This document shows, piece after piece, positions 53,502-64,000 of a stretch of DNA of 64,000 nucleotides. A model generated the notes under the pieces. It was not told the DNA's origin, did no database searches, and saw only the letters and a program-made list of their open reading frames with translations. The stretch covers positions 19,716,001 through 19,780,000 of the forward strand of contig CAIIXF020000001.1 of NCBI GenBank assembly GCA_903813345.2, given 5' to 3'. This DNA comes from Owenia fusiformis. Lineage: Eukaryota. Within the stretch, counting starts at the first letter, position 1. Each line of letters begins with the position of its first letter. The translations under genes were made by a program, and so were the position numbers.

Positions 53502-53597
53502 CTAACTTTTATACTAGGCTCTGACATTTAGCATATTCTTTGAACAATAGTAATTATAAAATCAGTAGTAACAGATTAGCATTCCAGTATTCTGATT

Positions 53598-53880
53598 TAT
53601 CGTATGATATGTACTATGAAGCCTTCTGATTGGTCAGTTCTTGTGCTGTACCAATCTGTATTGCTACTGAGATTGTCCCCGTTGATCATCTCCGTCGCAG
53701 TACAGAAAAATATTGGTACGGAGGGGACAATCTCAGTAGCAATACAGAGGATCACACGATAAAAACATTATTAAATGATTTGAAGTGCAATACAGGGTAT
53801 ATTCTGCTCTCGATATTCTGTATTGACACTCGACTTCGTCTCGTTCCAATACGGAATTTCTCGAGCAGAATATATCCTTC
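53598..53880. mobile_element. Hairpin-containing interspersed repeat, copy 2 (inverted relative to copy 1)
   Basis: TGATTGGTCAGTTCTTGTGCTGTACCAATCT and the TGCTACTGAGATTGTCCCC hairpin match 39270-39420 in reverse. Also carries a CACTCGACTTCGTCTCGT mini-hairpin. Confidence 0.7.
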
Positions 53881-55727
53881 AAATCATTCAATAACTTATA
53901 ACACTACTGACTTTATATAACACAAATGTTTATAAATTATAGAATATCATTTTGGTGTGCTATAACAATAAGAAAACATAGTTATTTATAATTCGTTAAT
54001 GAAGCTCTATTATTAAAGGACAAGTTAACAAAATGTAATGATTTCAAGCTCAGCTATTTTTATCCCAGGATGGCCCTCTTTTATACAACAAAATTATTAT
54101 ATGTCTTGTCAGATGGTATAATTTTGGAGCATATTACTTGTCAATTACGCAACTGGACATCTCTCAATTTTGAATATTTTTTTAGTTTATGGAAAATAAC
54201 TCCAAAGTAACCTAAATATGACAAGTTACAAATATATCATTTGGCAAAAGCTCTCTGAAGTACTGTACTGTACAAGGTATACCTGTTTGGTCAAACAAAG
54301 AAATTGGTTGAAGAGCTCTATCCATGGCGACTAATTGGTACAAGGGCCAGAACATGTTTCTTAGTATTGTCATTAATAAGAACAAAGAATACATTCACTT
54401 AAAATACCATGGTTGATAGGCTTAAGTATAAGCGCTAACTGTCATTTTCTTAGTATCATTTGATTGGTTAGTTTTAATGACACTTCTCTTTTGTGAAATG
54501 GATGGTTCCGATTGTATAAAATGTAGAGTATTTAAGGAATTGATGATTTAATTTGGGTTTAATAAATTATTAATACATATATGTTATATATTTTTCTAAT
54601 TTATTCATCTTCATGTCACCATCACCACAATTGACTTCTGTAATAAATGGCAGATGGTAACATTTTGCATGTTAATGACTTGTTTATACTTTATTCTACA
54701 CTTAAAACATGGAAACTATCAATCACCAGTCCAACTAGTGTTATTATTGACTAAACGTTTAGAATATTTTCCACTTGAGTCTTTGATATATTTTCCCATG
54801 ACGTTGAACAGGTTATAGATTTATATCATCAATTCAGCACACATAGCATGTTATATAGTGATAATTATCTGTTTAACTGATCAATTAACATTGACTTATT
54901 GGTAAAAATATAGATTTACATTCTATATATATCAGTTATCTCAGATTTATTTCAAACATTTGTAATCCATCTTATCATTCTGATCAACCTCATATTGATT
55001 TATCCATATATGAAATCTAGAAAATGAACTCATAAAATGTACATGTACTAACCCTTTCCATTCTAGGGGCATCACTGAATGTTCCAAATGATAAAGATGT
55101 GTGAAAATAAGATGACTAAAACACAAGGTATCAAAGTGAGGAACATCAGACTGAATTAATCTGAGATCTTCTAAAGTATTGTACAGCAGTCACATTGCCA
55201 CATCCTCCAAACATCATTCTGATACTCATCACATCTTTCTGGCTTCAGAAGCTAATAGAAGGCTATGATTTCTCATGATGTCCGATTACAGGGCTTTAGA
55301 AATCATCTACTATGTTCCTTCTTTCTTCCCTGGTTAGGAGGATGCCATCACCTTCTCATACTATTACAAATGAAGTTATGTATTTCTCCTGCCACACTCG
55401 TGGAGGTTTAAAACAAAAGGAACTTTCCAATCTGATATGAATGATATACCCAATTTTTTAAACTTCCCCCAAAATTCAGAATTGAAAATGGTGAAGACAT
55501 TGTCATTTGGTATACAGTCTGCAGCCAAAGTCACGATCAAACCAAGCAAATTTGAGCCATTTTTGAAACTGTTCATTTAACACATTAATTTGAACTTTCT
55601 TTTTCCTACCATTAGTAGGCTCTTATACCCAGGGAGGGATTATCACACATGGATGAAGAGGACAATATCAATTATGTAAATGGGCATGTAATGAATGATT
55701 ATAAGTGAGCAATTATTAATTGCTTAA

Positions 55728-56020
55728 CCTCTTGAATACCCAGAGTGACGGATATATCCGTCACAAATGAAATAAGACTGGTGCCCAGAGGGACGAGAAA
55801 ATCTGTCACAAAATTTTTCACAAAAATTGCTCTCATTTGAACAATTTTCATCCAATTTACACAAAAATTGTTTTAAAACGTGTAGAAATGATCTCTGTCG
55901 TCCAAATTTACTAAGCTGAGCATCTAAAGTCGTATAGGTATGTAATAAAATGTCAAAAGGTGGCAAAAAATGAAAAATTCTCTGGTTTCATGCCAATTTT
56001 AGAGCCTGGGATTCAAGAGG
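55728..56020. mobile_element. piggyBac-like MITE
   Basis: TTAA-CCTCTTGAAT...ATTCAAGAGG-TTAA (CC..GG ends, TTAA TSD). Confidence 0.75.
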
Positions 56021-57736
56021 TTAATCAAACAATCATAACCTGATAATTAATTAAAGATGAAACTTGAAGAAGTTGATATGATGATGAATAGATGGGTTTG
56101 TATTTCTTTTGTTTTTGTCAATTTTAAACTAACAAATACCGATTTCAATTGTAAAATAAAATCAAATGAGAATTCTCATGATTATAGTAACCAATTATTA
56201 ATGAAGTAGATAATATCTTATACATTCTGTATCTTCATGCAATGTTTTGTACAACTGTTTTTGAAAAAGTATGCCACCACCTTAACTCCTAGACCACATC
56301 TGGAACCACATCCTAGCACTTGCCAAAACCACCCATAACAAAACAGACATTTGGAAGAAGAAAAAACTGACAGTGCTAAAGATAATTCTCAAACTTTTTA
56401 GTTACCTTCAGAGAGAGATGATGCATTGAGAATTGTTGTATTGTTCATCAATGGCGACCTGCTCTGCTTCGGTTTATCTTGGATGAATTGAGGAATATTT
56501 TGTTGTTGCTGTTGTCGGGAACATCCTGTGTGTTTATCCTTTGATCTCTGAAATTCATACAAGTTCCAAATAAGCATACAGTAAAATAAACATCAACGTT
56601 TATCATTATACCATTTAATAGGTTCACATGGTAAAAAGCCCACTTCTCCAAGATGAGGCAAAAGTAGGAGCCGGGATCAATGGTGTCAATTACAAGCATG
56701 GATCTGCAATCCTGCTTAAAATGGACACAAAGTTTGGTTAAGTTGAAAGAATTTCATTCAAAGATTTTTCACAGACAGATGACCCAAAGGAAGGATGGAT
56801 GAACAGATGAACATATAGGCATTAGATGTGTCTAAAGGCTCACCATCTAAACCAAAAATCTTGAAGAAATGAAGGGCCTGCCAAAAGTACATTCAGAACA
56901 CTCAGAAACAACTGGTCAATAAAACATTCAATATGTAAACAAACTATTTACTGATACGAATCTATTATGATTGATTTGCTCCTTATAAGCACATGTGGCT
57001 TCATTACAACAACAACGTCTCCTATCCTCGAAAATTTCCTTGTAAAATTGGAAACAATATCAGACCTTTTTAGGTATGATAACAAGTTGTTCTTTCCTAG
57101 CATTGCACAAGGTTCCACTCTGAAACTAATCACATCTTTCTTGTCTTGGACCATCATTGACTTGAAACTTGACTTGAGAAGGAATGCCTCAGTCATGTTT
57201 GATCTAAGGCAACCACATGCTGGCTGTAGTTTCACAAAATCGAGAGAAATATGCAGCATATGAAATAGGGATAAGCACAAGTACATGATGGAGATTTTGT
57301 GAAGCTACAGCCACCATACGCCCGCCGTAGAGCAAATGTGACTGAGGCATAACTAAAAATTAAGAGAAGGCTGTGATATCTCACGATGACTGCTTAGTGT
57401 TTATACAAACTTCACCAAATGTATACAAACCCTATCTCAATGAATTGGTGACAGCTACTTATTTACTGATGGATGATAGGAGTAGACAGAGCATTGAACT
57501 TGTGACTTTCAATTGACAAATCCACAAGAAGAAATTGATAACACTATTAATATACACACACTCATGCTTAATGTCAATATAACGCTACTACTGAGAATTG
57601 ATTCTAGACAAGCTATTGTGACTGCTTACATAACTTTATGATAATTCTTACAAGTTAATTTCGCTTACTGTAGATTTGAAATTGTATTTCTATGCAATGG
57701 CTTTAATATAGATTTCTAGGTAGATAATTATAGGAT

Positions 57737-58151
57737 ATCCTATGATTTTGAGGAATATCATTTTTATCTACGAGGTGATATTGATATCTGCACGAGGGAG
57801 CGAAGCGAACGAGGGCATATATCAATATCACCGAGTAGATTAAAATGATATTCTGAAAAAATCATAGGATGTTTTTATTATCCTACACTTACAAGGAGTG
57901 TACTAAATGTATAATATCATTGCAAAATGAATTCCATATGCCAAATAGAGTCAATTTGGCGGGAAATCAACAAGCGGAGTATATCGTCACAATATCCTCC
58001 GCATATTGGGTTTTCGCCGGAGTATATCGTCACGATATCCTCCGCCCGGAGTATATCGTTTCGATATCCTCCGGATATTCATTTTGCCAATAAATATCAA
58101 ATTTATTTTTTAATGTTATTATACATTTAGTACACTAAGTGTAGGATAATA
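57737..58151. mobile_element. Double-hairpin non-autonomous element
   Basis: Hairpin 1: ATCCTATGATTTT...ATTGATAT[..GAGCGAAGCG..]ATATCAAT...AAAATCATAGGAT (57737-57870). Hairpin 2: TATTATCCTACACTTA...TAAGTGTAGGATAATA, enclosing three CGGAGTATATCGT..GATATCCTCCG units. Confidence 0.7.
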
Positions 58152-59928
58152 AAGGCGAAACACCAACAAATATTCGAGGTTAAGTTATATCTATTACCGT
58201 CCAGTTGTACCTCATATTACTTCAACTAGAAATCTGGACTTGGGGCCCGGATTTGGGGATAAAGGAAACATTTAGTTTGTCAACAAAGAAAACCATACTT
58301 GATTTTGAAGTTTTCAAAAGACATGAACAAAAGTATTATTGCAATGTTTGAATATGAAAATTCTTTAAAAAACATTGTTTGAAATATTTTAACTTTGATT
58401 ATTTTGCATAATTGATATATTGGATTGTATTTTGAAAATAAATGGGTGAAATAAATAAGAGCCAATATCTAAAAATAGATCTTCATACGCACAGACAGTC
58501 AAATAAATATAAGATATAAGAATAGTAGAGGTAGGAGGGTGTACTATTGATTTGTCACCATTAAACATGCATGTAACATTTAAGCAGACAAAATGCAAAT
58601 GAAATCTAAAGTAAAGGCACTTATGTATATGCATTGAATTTAACTAAGGATTATATTTATTCTATTGAATTTATGATACTTTAGTAAGAGTTACCATGAG
58701 AACATAAAGAATGATATGTCATGTCATTTCATAACAGCTATAATATATTTGCAGTAAATCCCATGTTTACCAAAAACCGCTTGCTTTCCAATCTTGGGCA
58801 AAAGTAAGGTTCAAAATATCTAATAAAAAACAATGGAAAGTTGTTTAGACTGTAAAAGAAAAGATTCTTTCCATCATTCTAGTCCATACTGCATATGTAA
58901 TAGCAATGATTGAAAGATGCACATTTCAACACAAAACTCTTCTGCCAATAAAAAAAATAACTTACCTAAAACCATTCCAAAATGATGCTTTATTCTAGTT
59001 TGAAATATTAATTCTTTAAACTCACACCTGGAAGCTTGCATGTATGCATTTTCAAGATGAAGAATTCCTGCTTAAAAGTTCCAATTGTAACTTCTGCTGC
59101 ATTCTTCCAATTAACTTCAAATTTTTTAATTACATGACTCGAACTTCTGCTGTTGTAATATCTTTGTAATTTGTATATTCTAATTTAGAACTGAGTACTC
59201 TGAGAAATATTTGCAATTTGACAAATTCCAGCATTGGTTTCACTATTGATCTGAAACCCTCAATTTTCTACTACTAACATCATTTAACCTGTAATAAGCA
59301 AGGTGGCACCATAATTACAACACATCTTTAAATGAGGATGAAGGAGAGGGTTTCCTTTGAAAGGTTTCCAATCAGAAGTTCATTAAAGACCTGTGAGACC
59401 TTGATTAAACAGAGGAATAACAATGAATGTAATGTTGATTTAAGACAATTGATTCTCTGTTTTCTACAGATTATCAAAACCAGAAACACAAAATTTCACG
59501 AGGTAGAAGGAAATAATCTGTATTAAAAACCTATAGAAACATCACAGAAACCTGAAGTAGTAATCAAACATGGGAAAATATCATCTTGAGACATCACAGA
59601 ATAGCCATAATCTATCCATTTTCTCTCTGGAAACAATTCCGGTTGGTATTGAAGATGTGAAATAATGAGTATCGAAATAACAGTCAAAGGAATATGTGCA
59701 TTTTACAAGAGAAATACCCAAAATAAAATTGATATTTCAATCTCCTATACTTAATCGTGTATCAGCCAAAATGTCAAATTCAATCCTGTATCAAATCCAA
59801 TCAATTTCTTTTAAAAATACACTTCCTTAGTTTTATAACGTATTGTTGATGTCTGTTTTGATCTCTGTGTGACGAAATCATAATTGTACTTCTTATGGAA
59901 AGCAATGACATACTTATTAAATACTGGT

Positions 59929-60127
59929 CAGGCCCGTAGCTAGGATTTACCAAGGGGGGCGGTTCAGTTTTCAAAAATTTCCAGGGGGGGTTCACATTTG
60001 ACAATTTTGGCCCAAATATGGCTAAATCACTTGAGAAGTGCTCAAAATAGTGAAAAACTGCATGATTTTGAAAGAATTTTTGGCCAGGGGGGGGGGGGGG
60101 GTTCGCAGGGTTCGGGCTAAGAGCCTG
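59929..60127. mobile_element. CAGGCCC-ended MITE
   Basis: CAGGCCCGTAGC...GCTAAGAGCCTG with G-tracts and imperfect 5-bp flanks CTGGT/CTGTT. Confidence 0.6.
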
Positions 60128-62199
60128 CTGTTATAGCTGTATTTGATAGCCAGGAAATAATATTGATTTCGTTGAACTCAGATGATTTCAAATTGACACA
60201 AATTATCCTCTGAATAAAATCCACATCCCTTCCCTCTTATTAAATAAATAATATGTCCCTCTTATTAATTATTAAAATATTAAATATGATACATCCTGAC
60301 ATCTTTAGTATACAAACATTGTGCAAAGTATACCAGGCTTTAATATAAGACAAGCACAGTAAATATAGTTAATAATTCATGGTATATAACTGCTTGTAGA
60401 ATCTATTACACTAATTGGAGAACAAAAGAATGCCTGTTGGAATAATTACAGTATGCACTCCTATTATACTTCATTTAAACTAAAACAATCAAAGTATATT
60501 AATCTTAATCATGATGTTTCAATTGTTTTAACTTCACTTAAAGGTGAATTATGGCCAATACAATGTGAAGGTTGAAGATTCAGCATATTACAAAATTCTC
60601 TTTTTCATCCCGACAAAACCATTCTGACTTTTCTGACATAGAAGAGCCAGAGCCCACAACAAGAGGAAACCATGTCAAATTAGTCAGGTTTCAGGAAAAA
60701 TTTGCCAATTGTAAACAAATTGTAAGCTTGATGTAAAATTATGATGACATGAATTTGTTATTAAATGATTTACCAATATAAATTAGTGTAGAAAACAAAG
60801 CTAACATTGTTTAATGACCACTTCATTGCTGTTCCAATAAAACATAAAACATATCTGACTTTTATTCTTTCGTAATTGCAAAGTGGCTTTCATTCTTGCA
60901 GTTGCATTGGACAATCAGAGATATCTCCTAAACTCTTGAAACTAATGACATGATTTATTTTATCTTTTATAATTTACTTACCTATAAAAATAGATGCCTC
61001 ATATTCAATGTTGTAAAGGTATAACGATTAGTACTTTTCTAACAATTAAACGCAAGATATCCATAAGTCTTAATCCAGCTGGTCAACTGAGCAAAGTTTA
61101 ACGTTAAACATTTGTATTTTTCAAATCACGTAGCAATGTGTATTCACACTAGGTTTTGTATTGATAAAAAACGCACATACAAGAATACAATAGAGACATG
61201 GGGCACTAAGAGACAAATTGTTTACCAACTCTCTTTACTTTTTTATTTTCTGATAATAAGAGGCAAACGAACGCTGAATGGGGTAGGACCTGAGTATACT
61301 GTGGTCTAAGGGCTTAAGTCTTAACTGCTATATTACATCGTCAAATTCTCTTGCCAAAAAAACTGATCAAATAAAAGATGGATTTCGCTAACAATTCTGA
61401 ATACAAAATAAAGTACCTTGTTGAACAAATAGCAAACAGAAAAAACATTGACCTGTCAATACCAACTTCAGATATAAGTGATATAAAAATAAATTCTGAC
61501 TAACACTCATGCTCACTTTGGAATTTGTCAAACATTAAATTCCAATTTGAAAAGATTAGGTAATAAAAATATAATGTGTTGACCTTTGTTCGCAAAATCT
61601 TTTATAATAGAAATGTTCTTTCGTCCTTATCTTTTGAGTCAACAATTTTGTATATTATACCGATTAGGGGATTTGCTTGAATAGAAATCTGTATTTAATT
61701 CATTAAACACATTTCCACTAAATTACATAGAGAACAATTGACCTCAATGATCATTATAATTTACTTGAAAGATTATCATAGTAATGTATGCATGACAGAA
61801 TAATGTTCGTTATTTTTGAACAGAATTTCACGATTTAGATTTCCTTTATATTTTTGATATTTTATTGGAGAACACCCAGCGATTAAAATTCCCCATAATT
61901 AACACCCGTGGCAAGCTTATTAGCATTTTAGACATTTTTGATATTTGCTGATGTTGCATGAAATCAAATCAAATGTTACATACATGTATTAATAATAATC
62001 TGATAATTTTCTGAAAAAGCATCAAGGTGAACACATCAACATTTTGAGAATCATATAAAAATATAACGATATGGCTAGTGAACCACAAAGCTCTCAACCC
62101 CAAACAAACCACACATTTCATTTTAAGAGAACAAAAGATTATACTGCCTAGGTATGGATGGTAAATTGACTTATAATCAAGTTATCTAGACAATATTAA

Positions 62200-62407
62200 C
62201 AGGGGCGTCACCATGATTTTTTTCAATGGGGGTGCATTTACGGGAATGTCTTCATTGTCGTAGCTAATGCACTAATAAATAACTTCTCCACCTCTTTCAC
62301 CAGAGCTCAGTTCTTCATTCTTCCAAGACATCTTCTCAGCGCCATGAACGAAATCCCTGGGAAGCTCAAAAAGAGGGGTGCGGTCACATCCCCTTCAGAC
62401 GCCCATG
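62200..62407. mobile_element. CAGGGGCGTC-ended MITE with 5-bp TSD
   Basis: ATTAA-CAGGGGCGTC...GACGCCCATG-ATTAA. Confidence 0.65.
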
Positions 62408-64000
62408 ATTAATATTCAATATTAAGGTGGAGGGAAAAGGGAAAAAGTTACAACAACTAATGAACTTTCTTCATGGATTGTTATGGCTATATCACATAAT
62501 AACAACATGTGCAATGTACATCCATTGTTTGTTATCATCCCCAAAAATTTGAAATATACATTTGAAACTCATCCTGATTCCTGATACTCATCGAATCTTT
62601 TTCTTTCATGGTTGAGAAGAAATGAGATGTCACATTGCTTTTGAAGAGCAACCTAGACATTAAACAAAAGCAAAAGTATATCCGACCAGTATGACAACAT
62701 GCTCAATACACACTATTACAGCCATAAGTTTGGCACTCAAAAAACAAAACGCTCACTAAACTTACCTAAGAAAATCCTAATCTAACGTCAAAGATCATTT
62801 TAATCTCCAGGTTGTTCAAGGTCAAACTTTGCATTTTAAATATGCTCTTGAAAATATAAATCCTACTATCAACTATGCTTACTATGTTAAATACGCTCAC
62901 TTAACTTCCTAATAACCACTACAAAATCTGAGGAATCGAACAGTGAAAATTTAATCCAGTTTTAGAGTTAAATGAGTCAATTTTGTTATTGTAGATCACG
63001 ATTCAAATCAAAGTACAATTAGATTACTTGTTATGTTTAAAAATGTGATTGCATAAATCTTAACTAAGCAGGTAATCCATTTGAATCTCATTAGCGGGCG
63101 TACCCTATTTTTGATATCAAACAATAGAAAAATCGTTGCTCAAAGCCTCGTAAATGATTATAACAGGATTTCTGTGAAACTTACAAGCACTTTAATTATT
63201 ATATCGCCAACTTACTGGCATGACTGTATTAAACAATGTTAAACTTAGGTAAAGTTGCAGAAAAGTGTAAAGTCTATTATCGCCCAATTTTCTCAGGCGA
63301 GTGACCATTTAGAAAACTTGGAAATAGTCCAAGGGAATCAAATATTTCTTTAGAATTCCCAGCCTTGAATTTATCTTCTTAATATTAGATTTCACAAATA
63401 AGATATTATTAGAGCATACATGAATATGATCTAAATACTTCAAATGACCTGAGCAAATCATGTTAGTATTAGATTACAATCTACGATTGATCAACCTCAA
63501 ATTTATGAAAAGTATACTTAAAAGTACACGGATACTTGAGATTGAGATGAGATTAAACCATTTAAAAGGTTCCGCAATGTCAAAACTCATAAGCATTACT
63601 TCTTACTACTATACAGAACCTTCTGCATCAGAAAAACTGCTCTCTGATGGATTTTTAGGTGGGTGCAAGCCTATTTTCAAAATCTCATGTGGGTACTGCG
63701 TCCACTTGCTTTAATGCTGGGGAGATCACTGCAATACATGCCTTTTGGACAATTTCTTGACCTTCAAAAAGAATCAAATCAAGAACTAACTATACAATAC
63801 ATTTACATGCAAAATGTCACCACCTGCCATTTGTTAAAGATGCCGAAATTCGAACACGAACCACCAAACGCCATCCACAAAAAAGTTAGAGACTATAACA
63901 ATAGGGCACCAAAAGAAACATGGTCTCATATACAGCAGTTTTTGCCTATTAGGAGACATCTGAATTGATATTTTTAGGTGATTCAGATACAATGCAATCA

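Larger units (their letters stand above)
45603..53526. repeat. Five dispersed copies of a conserved ~55-75 nt element (45603-45679, 49779-49856, 50626-50676, 51207-51266, 53477-53526)
   Basis: Shared + strand core T(G/A)CTT...TAAAAGAGA(G/A)N(T)(T/C)C(A/G)TCT(G/A), then 12-27 variable nt, then a 3' arm (AAGCTCTG, AAGTTCTG, AAGACTCTG, AAGACTCA, AGGCTCTG) complementary to the AGAGCTT arm. Confidence 0.8.

Noticed and set aside
45603-53526. Five-copy element as a hammerhead or twister ribozyme, SECIS, or C/D snoRNA
   Set aside because: The - strand has CAGATGA and GAAG instead of the CUGANGA and GAAA core, with no stem I. GTTACAAG occurs in one copy only. ATGA-N11-AA spacing is present but helix II does not pair. 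CTGA is in only three copies and there is no box C.
63460-63968. Two overlapping + strand ORFs at the window end
   Set aside because: No recognisable homology or splice structure.

Overview
AT-rich, intron-rich eukaryotic genomic DNA, probably from a marine invertebrate (inferred from composition and transposon types). Three protein-coding genes can be built from GT-AG splice sites. (1) A + strand SLC2A/GLUT facilitated hexose transporter with 11 exons in continuous frame (2927-9946); its short first coding exon was not found, and it has unusual substrate-site residues (QAA for QLS, GPIPL for GPIPW). (2) A + strand gene whose CDS lies in essentially one exon (16458-17972, ~504 aa), encoding an unrecognised low-complexity, probably nuclear protein. 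(3) A large - strand gene with at least 33 exons in continuous frame (48522 to 25797, ~2390 aa), with two arrays of Trp-containing Sfi1-like (centrin-binding-type) repeats split by a Ser-rich spacer. Introns and intergenic DNA hold many non-autonomous DNA transposons and MITEs (TA, TTAA and 3-, 5-, 6-, 8- and 9-bp TSD types), some nested. The most intriguing unexplained signal is a ~55-75 nt element found five times at the 5' end of the Sfi1-like gene (45.6-53.5 kb). It has a conserved core and a covarying stem, and two copies also read as in-frame ATG-initiated alternative 5' exons. No rRNA, tRNA or CRISPR features were seen.
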